Positions 11,069 through 24,259 are shown, counted from the first letter of the whole stretch. The stretch is DNA of 60,472 nt, filler included, from Diploschistes diacapsis (GCA_023645945.1; 5 parts of 5 records of this genome joined end to end with filler, not necessarily neighbours in it), one strand, 5' to 3'. Numbers and translations are program-made. Notes: generated from the letters alone by a model not told the origin.

Positions 11069-11584
11069 AGGAAGATGGCAAGCCACCACCCGCTCCTTGT
11101 GGGATCTTCCTTTTATATAGACTTTCTTCCGCAAATCTCCAATGACGATGAAGGCTTAGCGAACTCTCGCTTGCTTTCCCCAATGATATTTCTACTATAT
11201 GATGATAACAAGTATCACCAAATACATGGGTTGTTCGGGGTACTTGTTCGCCTTTGTACCTGTATTGCACTTTTCAATCCTCATCCATCAAACTTACCTC
11301 GCCGTAATAGGATATTTCTAACGAGCATGAAGAAGAGAAGAGACCAACCACAACCCACTGCACGCACATAACGACGAGGCTCAAGATCCGGAAAGGCTGT
11401 GCATTCTGCACGAACCCTCAAGCCGATCTCCTGAAAACCTCCTCTCTTGATTCTTGCCACTCTTTGGGCATGTCTTATTCTGCCTATTGTAAAATTGTGT
11501 AACATATTTGGTGGCGCCCTAGTGATGCATTCTGCCTAGTTCGCTGTGGCTCTGCTAGGTACCCAGATCTCTATGTAACTTGTA

Positions 11585-11975
11585 ACGTGTTTGACGGTCA
11601 TCTCGGCCACCCCCCCATTTCGGCCACTTTTGCCAAGAAATATATTTAATATTTAATAATTCTTCGAAATTAGCCGTTATTTTTGTTTTTTTTCGAAATA
11701 CTATTTTTCGATCATTTTTTTATTACATTTAAAAGGTGTATATTGATTATGTCAGCCGTTAATTCTTTTAAGCGGTTTAAAACTAACGACTCGAAAAAAC
11801 GGATTTCTCAATTCATTAAAATCTGCGATAACGGAGTAAAAAAATTTTTAAATATATAATTACGAAGGATTTTATGCGTAGATTTTAATAAAAGTATTAA
11901 CAAAACTCTTTTTCGACGTTATACTGTCGTTGTGTGGCCTTTTTCATTATTATTTAGTCATTTTAAATTAAGCGA
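11585..11975. mobile_element. End of a Fot1/pogo (Tc1-mariner superfamily) DNA transposon with RIP-degraded interior
   Basis: TA at 11583-11584 is followed by ACGTGTTTGACGGTCATCTCGGCCACCCCCCCATTTCGGCCAC. The ACGT start and ~43-bp TIR with an internal direct repeat (CATYTCGGCCAC x2) match the Fot1/Pot2-type TIR architecture. The sequence then turns abruptly AT-rich. The right boundary is approximate. Confidence 0.72.
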
Positions 11976-12042
11976 ATACTGGTGTAAGGCCTGCGGGGTT
12001 ACACATCTGCCGCCTACTGCCACAGCCAAGCACCTACATATA

Positions 12043-12142
12043 NNNNNNNNNNNNNNNNNNNNNNNNNNNNNNNNNNNNNNNNNNNNTTAATTAATTAANN
12101 NNNNNNNNNNNNNNNNNNNNNNNNNNNNNNNNNNNNNNNNNN
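12043..12142. other. Artificial contig spacer
   Basis: N44-TTAATTAATTAA-N44, 100 bp, with stops in all six frames. Confidence 0.98.
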
Positions 12143-14083
12143 AGAAAAATATATGGGAAAGAGGGCGCGTACCGAGATGATGTTGATATTGCTGCCCGAA
12201 GCGGGGAGCACTCGAGACGCGTTTGAACAGAATGGGGAAAAAGCCAGGCAGCTAATAACAATAATGAGGGGACCTGTCGCCTGTCGCGAAGGCTTGAAAT
12301 TGATTAAATGGTCTGACAATGAGGGAAAGGAGAAATGGCACGACAGGAGGAGGGAAGGTTGTGCGAGCGGGATTATTTATTATTTGAATTAGGAAAAAAA
12401 GTGTGTGAAATGAAGAAGCAGTGCAATAGTAGCTGTAGACAGCTCGCACAGTATAGCAGTAGCAGCACCACCACCACCAGTACCAGTACTTCCGCAGGAG
12501 TGAGCAGCCTTGTAAGGAAGAGGGAGAAGGGAAGCAAGGAGACAGGCAGGTATTGGGGGTATTGGGGGGGGATTTACTTACAAGAATGTATGTATCTTCT
12601 TCCCTTTTCTCCCACTGTCTTCCTGAGCTGCCCAGTGGGGCGCCTCTAGTTGGCTCAGGCAGTTTAGTGGCTCATTGGTCCGTCTATGTCCGTCTGAGAA
12701 GTCCGTCTGCGTCCCTCTTCAGAGTCCCCCAAGTCCTTCAAGTTCCTTTCCCTTTGCCCGTGGGGCAGCGGGAGACCCAGCTTGAGCCGAAGTCCACACC
12801 TTTTACTACAGCCTCCGAATACCAGAGGGCCACCGCCATCAGCTACGAGGCAGGGTGAGCAAGGCGGGCGAGGGCAGAGTGAGGGAAAGTCAGCATTCGC
12901 AGTCTGAGATCACCCCTCCGGAGAAATCGCCATTACGCTTTTGGCAATATTCTTACCTCCCCCAAACCTTGTACTCCAGTAAGCTTCCTCAGTCCAGGTA
13001 CGTACGGATCGGCCCATCCGTTCTCACCCGGCCAGCTGAGAAAAGTGACGGGACAAATTTTTTTTATCTGGAGTCCCCCCCCGCGTTGGCGGAGCTTGGG
13101 CCCGAAAGCGCAAGCACCTCGTCTCTGCTGGGCTCTCCCTACAATGAGTTCGGCCTATGTGAATAGTTTCGATCGTCAAGTGGGACGGGTGGGGGTGTTA
13201 CCAGGAACCTTTGCGAGAGACCTCCTTGTGCGCCTGGATTGGTGGGAAGGGGTGGGAAGTGGAAGAATTGAAGTTTTTACGGTGAAATGTCCTTGTGGAT
13301 CACCATTACATCAGAAAGACCGAAACCACCATCAGCTTACTCTATCTACCCTCGACCACTATTTCCCCAAACGGCCCATTTCCTGTCTAACCCAGAAAGT
13401 GGACATTGTTTGTTGTGAGAAGGTAAGAGAAGCTCAATCATCAGCCGAAGCATTACCAAGATACTTAATGGCGCTCTGATGACGACACAGCTCATGTCAC
13501 ATAATCGGGTGGTTGGGGGAGTCTAATTAATTAATTGTGAATGTAGGACCAAAATATTCTTCTTCGTGGTCAAAATTGCTCGGGTGCCCGATATCCATCC
13601 GAACAGGTCCGGGTTGTTTGTAAACGGTATCTGGCCAGGCACGACAGAGGAAGAAGGGGAGTTAAAGGAGCCACGAAACATGGCCCGTCAGGAAAGGACA
13701 CTTGAGACCGAATCTTGCGGCTTGTGGCCAGGTACGATTTGCTGGTTAGATAAGGCGGTGGGTGCGTACGCTAAAGGAAGGAAGAGCAAGGTTTGGGTGG
13801 GCAGCGGGAGGAAAAGAACAACCTCTACCACCGAAGTGAGCCTCTGACAGAGATGCCTTTGGATCGCATCGCTGCTCTGTCGCCTGCTGCAGGAACGTCC
13901 AAGTAGCTTACTTCCGACAGCGAATAAGAGAGCGAGGCACCACTCCCTCCTTCATGGAAGTGCGAACTGCTGGCACCTCTCCAAGTGTCCCATTCCAGCC
14001 ATGAGCCTTCCAGCTGCGCGGGAACAAGGTTTTCGGTCCCTAAGCAGGAGCTATGGAGTAAGCTCGATCCTCAGTTGCCATCT

Positions 14084-14084
<1 letters not shown>

Positions 14085-14116
<32 letters not shown>
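14085..14116. repeat. (CA)16 microsatellite
   Basis: Perfect CA run. Confidence 0.95.
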
Positions 14117-14117
<1 letters not shown>

Positions 14118-15796
14118 CCTTGGTTTTTCGCTGTGGTTCAGGAGCCTGTCTATCAAGCGGTCTTAAGCCTTCGTGGCTTCGCTATGGCAAACCGCTCTGA
14201 AAGAGGGCACCGAGTCGAGTGCCAGCAGCCTGTATCATGTCACAAACCAAAAAGTAGGTCGCCTCGCAGGTGGGGATGACGGCAATTCATATGCACAAAC
14301 TACATTGCAGGCTCCCCGTACTAGACGCAGAAAAGCCTGTGTCGGCTGCCTGCCTGCCTACCTGCCGGCCGTCAGGAGATGTTTGTGCTTTTGTACATAA
14401 AACAGGAAGGGCCTAGAAATAGAATCGCGTAAACGAATTCCAAATGAAAGCAGCCGTTTGGATATTCTGGACTCTAATATTTGAGCCAAGGATGCGATAT
14501 ACAGAATACGACATGCTTTGTGCCCTAGGCTCGTTAGCATACTTGGACATCCCACGCCCATTGGTCTCTCAATGCCGCCGTGGAATCCCCAATTATTTTT
14601 TTCGCTCGGCTCGGGCCACACTTCGTTGATTCATAATACGCTCTCCTGCGTTGCTTCGTTCGAAAAACTGCGTCGTATTATGTATGATGGGAAGGTAGCG
14701 CCGATTTGTTCCTCCTTGTTCCTGATGATCCTTTGCAAGAACGTAACCCCCCTGGTCCCTGGTGGGCTTCTTCCCAGATTCCTGGGGAGAGAATGGGGAA
14801 AGTCCCCGTATTCCATTCCTACGGGCTTCCCTTCCGTTGACTCCGATCTGCGCTCTGCCGTGCGTCATTCATCCATTCATTCATTCGCCAAGACAAAAAG
14901 AAATAAGAAAACTTTACAATTATTTGTCCATGCAGTCAGTGTGAAGGAGTTCTACTAGAATAAAGGCAGATAACCATAATTCCTCCCCCAGAGCAAAAAA
15001 AGGTGCTGTTTTAGTCTCCTACATAATCTTTGCGCATTAGTTCCTGCACATGTATAAGTTAACTACTCTCGCCTCAATCAAGTATTCCGTTGCGCGAAGA
15101 ACAGGCACCAAAAGTTGCATGCTGCAAAAGTGACATTCCATGCGCGGGGCAGATGCGAGGGCGTGCTGTTTGGAGCACTGTAGCCGAAACAAAAAAAAGT
15201 TTGGTAGCTTCTGCAACTTTCATGTATGAGAAATGCATGCAAAGGAGAATTAAGCTCTGCATCCCCCCCCCCATAAAATTGGCCTGATACATCTTTGACA
15301 GCACTGTGTTGGAGAAACATATGTTTTTGCCTTTCTTCGATAAATATCACCGATCGTCTGGGCCATGGGGTCAAAATCTCGATTGTCGAATGCTAGCAGT
15401 GTCACTGCCGTCCATGCAACAATTGGAGCGAAGACAGGGCGTGCGGTGCAAAGCTCGGCAGTAGTAGGTGCGACCAGAACCACCACCACCCGCCATTCGT
15501 AACGTTTGACAAGTCCAGCAAGTGAAGCCCATTTGATGGGAAGATGTTGGTTCGGATTCAAAACCTCAACACCCAGAAAGAGCTTGCTGGGATCTATCCA
15601 AGTGACTGGCTCCCATTTCTTAGATACTAGGCTACAAGCACAAAGGCCCTTCTTTCTTGCGTAACCGCCGCTGTGGCCCAACGTAATACCGATTGTGATT
15701 GGAATCAGCAGGTGCACGAGCGTTTTCGCTCCTGGATAATCATGATAGGTGACAGTCCTGCATTGACAAGAGGCACAAGGGCTCCTGTGGCGCTTC

Positions 15797-17417
15797 TCAG
15801 GTCCAGTATTTGGTCCATATACTCTTCTGCTCTTCGCTCCCTTGGAAGCTGAAAGGAATGGTGACAATGTCTTGGAAGCCCTCTTCCAACCTTGGCTCCT
15901 TGTATCGAGAGGCAAACCCCGGAAAGGCCATACCAGGTAGCATCGATCGCTTTTCCGGGTTGAAAAGTGTTTCATTGAGAGCTCTCACGACATCGTTGTG
16001 CTTGCAAACCGACGCAGGCGTTGTAAAGCGGACGCACCGAATAGGGATACTGTTCTTCCTTGCAAGCTCTACCCATTTACTTCTCGTGTCAGGATCAGCA
16101 TTAGTGTTGTCTGTAGAAGAAGTAAGCCGCATATCGACCATTAGACTGGGATGACCAACCAATAGCCACTGGACGTCGATCTGATATATATTCGTCCGCA
16201 ACTTTCAGACACTTCTCACGCTATGCATGTCCGTTAGTCTGCACCTTGTATCGAGTAGCTAGAAACCCACAGTCTTCAGGCTATCTTGATTTACTCTCTC
16301 GTACCCTAGAGGCTTGAGAACGTGCCAGTAGAATGTCGATTTCCCTGCTCCAGGACTCCCACAGAAGAGCACAATGTCTAGTAGATTCTTCTTTGAAAAT
16401 ACTGGTTCTGCTCTTTCTAGGTCTGATCCGAGCATCTTTGTAGCCTTATCCATGTATAAGAGAGGGTCGAATGTCCGTGCAAAAGGCTGAGCCGCTTCTC
16501 CTAAGAAATACTCTTCCGGCGTTTGATAGTCGATCCCAAGGTTCGCGGCAAAGTCTCTGCTAGGAGTCAGTCACACAAGAGCCTTGATCATGCGTTTCAT
16601 ACCTATCAGAACTAGAATGGTCCGCTTTGATCTTGGCTCTGGCAAGTCGACCACCGGCGTCACCAATGAAGAAGGATCTCTGTAGTTCAGGCCCTTCCTG
16701 GACAACTAGATCGTATTCATTAAGAAGTTCCATCCACATGCCCGTTCTCGGTTTTCTGTACTTGTCTTTGCCCGTTGCTGCATATATTGAGATTGGGATG
16801 TCCAGCTGTGAGAGCACATGGGAAACTTTTGTTTTGAAGTCGGAGAGGCGTTTCTGGTCGGATTTGACACTCTTGGGGTCTGGCTTCAAGTTGATACCTC
16901 CCTGGTTACTGATGATAACTACACGATATCTATGTATCCTCAGCGGAGTCTACCATAGACTGCCCGGGTCCCTACCCTTCGCTATAAAGCTCCTTGAGCC
17001 GCGTTGGCACTGAAGCATCCCACCATTTCCAATCCGAGGGACTTTTGCCAAAGACATTCCCAGACGATGTCTTGATCAAAGTAGAGTCCTTCGGAATCAG
17101 TACTAACAACGATTACTCCGCGAAAACAACTTACAAAGTCAAAAGCCGCGATCTTTCTGCGTTTGGCGAAGCCCTGGTCATCCTGAGTGGTGTTGTATCG
17201 ACCTGCAAGGAGGGTATCATCAATGATGCGCCACTGTATCTTCTCGGGTCCCTTCTGCGAGGCTGGCTTGAAGAAATTGGTAACGGCCTTCTCTGGCAGC
17301 GGTCAAATAAGCTCGGTAGAACTATGGAACGCTCAAGTTACTTGTGGTAGTAGACTCGAACTTCCGCTTGATTGGCGGAGGTGACACTCGATCTCCGGTA
17401 GAGAGAGGTCTCTTCAT
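15797..17417 (-). CDS. PNK1: Bifunctional polynucleotide 5'-kinase/3'-phosphatase (PNKP/Pnk1), multi-exon
   Basis: HAD phosphatase motifs KIAAFDF|DSTLIKTSSG, DWKWW, VIISNQGG, YRKPRTGMW, FFIGDAGGR. Kinase P-loop CGSPGAGKST, RVNQD, DNTNADPDTR, HNDVVRA, EPRLEEGF. Confidence 0.9.
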
Positions 17418-17751
17418 CTTTTTTTACTAGCAAACTTTCTAACACCCGTGATTGACGCAGTAGAAACTTCATCAACATCCATCAGGAAAGTTTTGACATT
17501 AACGAAGCAACAGCAAGACCCAGGTAGTGTAGTTGTTGTTGAGACTCCGAGGACAAGCGGGTTCAATCCTGAACAAAATGGGAATACGCAAGTAACAATA
17601 TTTGGGATGCTGACACTACGACTCGCATTTCAGAGTTCGATGCATGAACTCAAGCGATGGTAATGTAAAGAATACTCAGAGAGTTTTGATATGTAGTGAA
17701 AATTATATGCCAGTCTACAGCTCTGTCTGGGTACAGTAGGTACCTAGGTTT

Positions 17752-19105
17752 CTACCACTCGCGAATGCTGCCGTCTTCCCCAAAGAAGCTTCCTGTTCTC
17801 CATGGGTTCGAGTTCATACTCTTCGCTCTTACAACTTCCTCATCGATTTCGATACCCAGTCCAGGTTTGGTCGATAATTCTACAAAGCCATTCGTGATGC
17901 CAAACGTACTCTTGTCTTTTAAATACGTATCAATGTCCTCTTCTCCAGCATCCCTATTGTAGTGAATTCCCAGACTCATCTCCTGCATCGTATGGTTCGG
18001 AGTCGCTGCAGCGACCTGAAAGCACGCTCCAAGCGCAATACTTCCGAGAGGGCAGTGAGGCGCCAAGGCAACATCCCATGCCTCGCACATGGAAGCGATT
18101 CGCCTGATCTCGCTGATGCCTCCAACGTGTGATATGTCTGGCTGTAGTATATCCACGCAAGGTGTGGGTGTTAGAAATGGCTTGACATCCCAGCGACTGT
18201 AAAGGCGCTCGCCTAACGCAATTGGCGTTGTTGTGAGTCCTGACAGTTCTCTAATGCCTTCTAAATGCTCGCTGAGTAGAGGTTCCTCGATGAAAAGGGG
18301 CCTGTGAGGCTCCAGTAGGTGAGCAAGCTGCTTGGCCATCGGCTTACGCAGTCGACCATGAAAATATGTAAAGGATCAGAGACAGTTCAAGAGGCGATGG
18401 CTCCTTCTCACCTACCAAGTCCTGCGTCGAGACCTAGTGCTGTAACGCTTTGGAGCCGCTCGATAGCACCATCTAAAGCGCCAGGTGAGTCGAGCATGTT
18501 TACAGAACCAGTAGCGTTCATTTTAACGGCCGTAAAGCCCTGGTCTTGCCGCACTTTTCTGCGTTGACACATCAAGACCTGGATTCGAGGCATTAGATTG
18601 GAGTCCTTCCTACGCTTGCGCTTGGACATCCCTTGGAGTGTCACCTCCGATCCAGCTGTACACCCTGACTTTATCTCGCACTCGACCCCCTAGAAGCTCG
18701 TATATCGGAACGTTTAACTTTCTTGCCTTCAGATCCCAAAGGGCTATATCGACACCTGATAAAGCAGATTGCATCACAGGGCCGCCCCGATAGAACCCTT
18801 GGCGCCATACTGTTTGCCATATGTGCTCAATGTTACTAGGACACATATAAGAATCATGCTCGTGAGATCAACAAGAGCACAGAATACATGTTTCGAGAAA
18901 CGGATGAACACGGGTTTCGATGCACCTACCTTGCTTCAAAGCCTACAATTATAGCCTTAATGCCTTCCAGCATGCCTTCAACAGCCTCTGTGTGGCCTTC
19001 CAGAGTGGCCTCTCCCCAGCCAGACGCGTCCTCGGCATCCGTGATCTTCACAAACAGCCATCTGGGCGGCACTCTGAAGTACTCGATTATCTTTATTTTC
19101 GCCAT
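17752..19105 (-). CDS. D-galactonate dehydratase-like enzyme (enolase superfamily, mandelate racemase subgroup), multi-exon
   Basis: FRVPPRWLFVKI, GWGEATLEGH, GFYRGGPVMQSALSGVDIALWDLK, AVKMNAT, PLFIEEP, IALGERL, LQPDISHVGGISE, APHCPLG, QEMSLGIHYN, C-terminal DGSIREW. Confidence 0.9.
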
Positions 19106-19389
19106 GAGAGGAGTGAACCTGATCGCTCATACATAGGATCGCTGCTTTGTGGACAGAGACATGTAAACCTAAATGCCCCACGAAGGCTGCGATATTTTAT
19201 TGGTCTTGATGACGTCGCTGATCGCAGAGCCAAGATCGAAAGGTGTAGCATAGGCGAGCCATCAAGCAGATCTCACAGATACCACCCTTTGAAGGTTGTA
19301 TAAGCACATCGCTACCGTTACGGAATCGTAAAATCGGTGCAGGCTCGGCAGTTGTTTTTTGGAGGTTTGAATTAGCGCACAGGATGGTA

Positions 19390-20850
19390 TCATATCGGGC
19401 TATCCGCTGCTTTGTCTTTGCGCTGTCCAGCCACTCTTCTGATGGCTTTGTTGATCACAGATGCTGAAATATCGGGAATGCTATCAGTAGCTCCTTCGAC
19501 TTGGTTGAGCTCGTATCTCGCAGGTGCCGTTACCAACCCAGGCCAAATATCAATTGGAAGGAAGTCCCCCTGCTCTTCTTTAAAGGCCTGACGCTCTTGG
19601 GTTTCTTCCTGAATTAGACGCTCAATTCTGGCAAAAGCTTCCTGCCGTATCTTTGCTATGCGTCTTTCGACGTCTTTCCGTCGGCCCACCTCGATCAGCA
19701 AATTATCATATGCATGGATGAATTTCGAGTAGAATGCTCGTAGGCTCTCTAGGTCGTTAACATATTCTTCTATCTTTACTTTCTCCTCGTCCCATTGGTA
19801 AGCAAAAATTTGAGACTGCGTAATGTAGCTTGGGAGCTTGTTTCCAAGCTCCTCTAGAAGATGGAACGCGGCTATTATCCTTGAAAGCTCTTCTGTCAAT
19901 TGTCGACCAAGAACATTCACACGTTCGGCGTTGGCTTGTATCTCAGAGACTGCGTCCTTGATTTCTGTCACAACCTCCTCCACCTCAGCAGCATCATTCT
20001 CTAGGACTTCGAGCATGTCCTTCATCTCTTCCTCACTAATCTGCTCCACGGGCGCGTCGTCTGCTTCAAGATTCAAATCCATACCACCAGGTAGATCTTG
20101 TACAATTCTAGACGCCGCTGCCCCTCCCCCTTCGGTGTGTTTGATGGCTGTAACGCAGAGATCAAAGTGCTTCACCAAGCTCTCCAAGTTCTTTGCCATC
20201 TCTCCAGCCTGCAACTCCATCGACTGAAGTAGATTCAGGACTGACAAGCGCAACTTGCCTCCGCTTGTGGGACATTCTGACCCTTCCAACCTCGAGGTCA
20301 ACAATCCTTCCACATGTCTGACTTCCTCCTCAAAAGTTATGTTGGCTTGCTCAAAAGCCTTCCTAGCTCGGGCCGTAGTATCAATGCTTTCTTTTATATT
20401 ATCCATCAAAGTCTGCACCCCAGTCTCATCGACAAAGTCTGCCAAGTATTTGAGTTCCTCGTCGCCAAGTCGCAGATTAGGATCAACACGTGTCGATCTG
20501 AGTAGGTCGAGTGTATCACGAAGCCTTGATTCTGCAGCATCAAGATTTTCTATGATCGCATGGAACTCATCACCTGCCTCGCGCTCGATGCTTATAATGT
20601 GCTCGCGGACATGGTCAAGGGTCGTGATTTGAGCCTTGCTACCGTTCTGTATGAAAAGTGTCCTCGCAGCGAGTATAGTGTGGGTTTCTATGGCCTGACG
20701 GGTGCCAGCGACAAGATCGTTGGCATGAGAGACGTGCTCGACGCAAGATAAAGACCTTTTGGCAGCCAGCAGATGAGGGACGAGAGTATCGAGTGTTGGT
20801 GAGCTTGTGGGCAGCTCCTCAGCGCGCAAGCTCGACGACGATGTGTTCAT
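19390..20850 (-). CDS. ATG17: Autophagy-related protein 17
   Basis: 486-aa coiled-coil ORF with HLLAAKRSLS, LADFVDETGV, LESLVKHFDLCVTA, AYDNLLIEVGRR, GDFLPIDIWPG. Confidence 0.88.
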   Translation of the reverse strand: MNTSSSSLRAEELPTSSPTLDTLVPHLLAAKRSLSCVEHVSHANDLVAGTRQAIETHTILAARTLFIQNGSKAQITTLDHVREHIISIEREAGDEFHAIIENLDAAESRLRDTLDLLRSTRVDPNLRLGDEELKYLADFVDETGVQTLMDNIKESIDTTARARKAFEQANITFEEEVRHVEGLLTSRLEGSECPTSGGKLRLSVLNLLQSMELQAGEMAKNLESLVKHFDLCVTAIKHTEGGGAAASRIVQDLPGGMDLNLEADDAPVEQISEEEMKDMLEVLENDAAEVEEVVTEIKDAVSEIQANAERVNVLGRQLTEELSRIIAAFHLLEELGNKLPSYITQSQIFAYQWDEEKVKIEEYVNDLESLRAFYSKFIHAYDNLLIEVGRRKDVERRIAKIRQEAFARIERLIQEETQERQAFKEEQGDFLPIDIWPGLVTAPARYELNQVEGATDSIPDISASVINKAIRRVAGQRKDKAADSPI

Positions 20851-21529
20851 TATGAGCGTTGTGTAACCTTCGACGAATTCTTAGTCTCGAACTCTCTCAA
20901 ACATACGTCAGTTTCCTTGAGAATCGTAAGCGGATTTTCTGCGAACTAGGTAGATTACTTTGCATATTAGCCGTCTCACTAGAGTCACTGCATACATTTA
21001 CCCAAAGCTTCCTTAGCGTTTCAGCTTTGGAGCCTCGGGCGGTATTCGACAATGCAGTGCAGTGGTAAGCAAAGGATTGGTGTATCTTGGGAACAAATGT
21101 CAATGTATCTAGAAAGCAAAGAGTTCAGACCTCATACACTGCAGGTAAGCTTCTAAATACAACATGCCCACGGTAGTTTGACTCGGGTACCAAGGGCTAC
21201 AGAAGGAGGACCCTTCAAGCTGTTGAGCTTGTAATTTGCGTGGGGGAGAGCGGCAACATGAGTCGAGCTGGTAAACATAAAATTTAACATGGTATCTTTT
21301 TCAAGTAGGGATCATCAATTTCTTTGGCTACATGAACATTAATCCTGCTTGGATTTGTTTGGTAGGAGCTCGATAGCGATCTCGCCTCGCACGCCATCCA
21401 TGGCGAATCCTCACGAATCAAGGTACCATAACATTTGACTTAAACAGTCCCAACGAGCTGATCCCAGAAGCAAACTATTCTGTGATATAGTTAATGTACA
21501 TTCGAGTCTTCATGTGTCAACCTCCTACC

Positions 21530-23690
21530 ATGGCGGACCAACATCTCAAACATCCCGCAAAGCGACGGCGAATATCACTCGATCGAGGCATTCATCCGAC
21601 TTCAGGGTGGCCAAAAAACCCAGTTGGCGCCCAAAGCTTGATGGTAAAGCCAGACCTAGCGATGGATGAAGCAGAGATAACTATCTCATCCACGTCGAAG
21701 CAAGCTAGTCAAGCAATCGTTCCCTTCCTCGCAGAACACATCCCAGAACAGTATGCGCCTCAGCCTCCGTCAACACCAGCAAGGATAGAGCAGAGCACGA
21801 AATACTGCTATCGCCATAGGCCTGATATAAAATGCAGGAGACAGGTCAACGAGCCATCAATGGAGCAGCTACAACGTGTAAGGGCTTTGCATATCCCACC
21901 GTCAATTTGACTAAACTGTACCACAGGAACTCGAGAATCTTTCGCAGGACGACCAGCAAGGTATTGCCCACATGTGGGCTCTATTCTCTGCAGCACCTTC
22001 AAAACACCGCAACCTCATGCTGCAAGGCCTCCTTACCCAATGTTGCTTTCCTCAGCTCTCATTTCTCTCCAACAGCGTGCGCGAACTCATCAAAATCGAC
22101 TTCTTGTCAGCGCTGCCCGATGAGCTAGGCCTAAAGATACTCTGCTACTTAGACACGACCTCTCTCTGCAAGGCGGCGCAAGTGAGCCGAAGGTGGCGCC
22201 AGCTCGCCGATGACGATGTGATATGGCAGCGAATGTGTGAGCAACATATCGATCGAAAGTGCACCAAATGCGGGTGGGGGCTACCGTCAATGGAAAGGAA
22301 AAGGCTTCGAGCAACAAAACGACAGACTCAGCTGCGGGCTACCGGCAGAGGCTTGAATGCCTGGTCTCCCAAAATTACGCCTGCAGTAGAGGCCGCGCCT
22401 TCTGGCCAAGGTACAAATCAAGGCCTGGTTTCCGTTGGTGCGACAGCGCAGAACGATGGCATGCCCGTTCGGGACGGAGCGCGGGTTGGTACGGATACAG
22501 AAGGCTCATACTTTCCGATCCGGGCAAGACCATGGAAGGACCTGTACAAGGACAGGTTCAAGATTGGATCCAACTGGAGACATGGTCGATACTCTACAAA
22601 GGTATTCAAAGGCCATTCGAATGGAGTCATGTGTCTGCAATTCGACGATCACACCCTGGCGACTGGCTCATACGACGCGACTATCAAAATCTGGAATATG
22701 GAGAGTGGGAAAGAGCTTCGAACCCTGCGTGGTCACACCAGTGGCATTCGATGTCTACAATTTGATGACAAGAAGCTCATTAGCGGCAGCCTAGACAGAA
22801 CTTTGCGAATCTGGAACTGGCGGACCGGCGAGTGTCTACGGGTCTTGCATGGTCACCATGAAGGCGTCATCTGCCTGCATTTTGTCTCCACATTGATGGC
22901 CACCGGCTCGATCGATCACAACATCCGAGTATGGAACTTCGAGGACGGCTCTTCCCACACACTCCGCGGCCACGCAGATTGGGTCAACGCCGTCCGGATC
23001 GATCTTCCTTCTCGGACAATCTTTTCCGCATCAGACGATCTGACGGTCCGACTTTGGGACCTCGACACTCGCACGACCCTGAAAATTTTCGACAAAGGCC
23101 ACGTGGGCCAAGTCCAACAAGTCGTGCCCTTACCCCCGGATTTCGAGATCGACGAAGACATCGGTCCGGATCCCAACTACACGAGCGATGATGGTTCATC
23201 CGTCTCCTCCACTGCAGACGAGCCAAAAGGATGCACCAATCATCGTACCTCTGCCACCATCACCACCACGACCTTCGAGTACCCCACCATGCCCTCACCG
23301 AACACGCCTCCCACCTCGCCCGCCAGACCTCTGCCTCCTCGCCACATGCTCACCTCCGCCCTCGACAGCACCATCCGTCTCTGGGACACGCACACGGGTC
23401 GCTGCCTGCGCACCTTCTTCGGCCACGTCGAAGGCGTCTGGGCCCTGGCAGCCGATACCCTGCGCGTCGTGTCCGGAGCGGAGGACCGCATGGTGAAGGT
23501 CTGGGACGCCCGCACGGGCAAGTGCGAGAGGACGTTCACCGGGCACGCGGGTCCCGTGACCTGCATCGGTCTGAGCGATTCGCGGATTCTGACGGGCAGC
23601 GAAGACTGCGAGGTTCGGATGCTCGGATTTGGGACTCGCGAGGGGGAGCTAGGTGCTGGCCCCCGCGAGAGAGTACGTAATGTAATGTGA
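21530..23690 (+). CDS. sconB: F-box/WD40 sulfur metabolite repression control protein (SconB/Scon-2/Met30)
   Basis: [10 protein letters not shown], intron at about 21878-21926, [19 protein letters not shown]-box [47 protein letters not shown], and multiple GH...WD repeats. An in-frame upstream ATG exists at 21494. Confidence 0.93.
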
Positions 23691-23787
23691 ATGTAAAGTA
23701 AAGTACTGTCTTTAGTATGATACCCCCCCCCTCCTCTTCCCCCTTCCAGCGCGAGCACAAAAATGTTCGAAACATTATTCCAAGCTC

Positions 23788-24044
23788 GAGAGAGAAAGAG
23801 AGAGAGAGAGAGAGAGCACTCGATTACAACCCCTTCTGGCGCTGAATCCCGATTGCTTACAGCAGCAGCCTTTTATGTTGCCCCTGACATCTTTTTCTTC
23901 TAATCTAGCGCTCGTTATGCTGTAGAACAAACGACCTGGAAACCTCCCCTCCAACCCATTTGAGGTTTTTACCGCCAGTGAAGACAAGAAGAGCTATGCG
24001 GGATGCAGCTCTACAGCGACGCGACTCGACTCGACTCGACTCGA
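23788..24044. repeat. Simple repeats: (GA)n at 23788-23816 and (CGACT)4 at 24022-24044
   Basis: Read directly from the sequence. Confidence 0.85.
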
Positions 24045-24159
24045 GGAACGCGCCTCCAGAAAGGCGGCACAATCGGCTGTAGCAGGCCATGCAACGCCAA
24101 GGCAGCCATTTCCACCCCCCCCCCCCCCTCCCTTCCCCCAAACACAGCTAGACAGAGAT

Positions 24160-24259
24160 NNNNNNNNNNNNNNNNNNNNNNNNNNNNNNNNNNNNNNNNN
24201 NNNTTAATTAATTAANNNNNNNNNNNNNNNNNNNNNNNNNNNNNNNNNNNNNNNNNNNN
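24160..24259. other. Artificial contig spacer
   Basis: N44-TTAATTAATTAA-N44. Confidence 0.98.

Noticed and set aside
12087..12098. TTAATTAATTAA recurring every ~12.1 kb as a periodic genomic signal
   Set aside because: Always centred in exactly 44+44 N. It is an artificial six-frame-stop linker, and the periodicity reflects size-sorted contigs.
15250..15975. 241-aa minus-strand ORF overlapping the PNKP 3' end
   Set aside because: Alternative frame over the PNKP last exon and 3' region, with no recognisable motif.
17752..19105. Bacterial DgoD-like gene as a recent horizontal transfer
   Set aside because: It carries several spliceosomal introns and host-like composition, and this family is widespread in fungi.
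21392..21405. CGCCAT-CC-ATGGCG palindrome upstream of sconB as a CYS3/MetR site
   Set aside because: Only half-sites. Neither matches the full ATGRYRYCAT consensus, and a 6-bp inverted pair can arise by chance.
22259..23758. Multiple long overlapping ORFs within sconB
   Set aside because: By-products of GC-rich codon usage in the WD40 region. The same applies to overlapping ORFs in 26062-27602 and 36400-38825.
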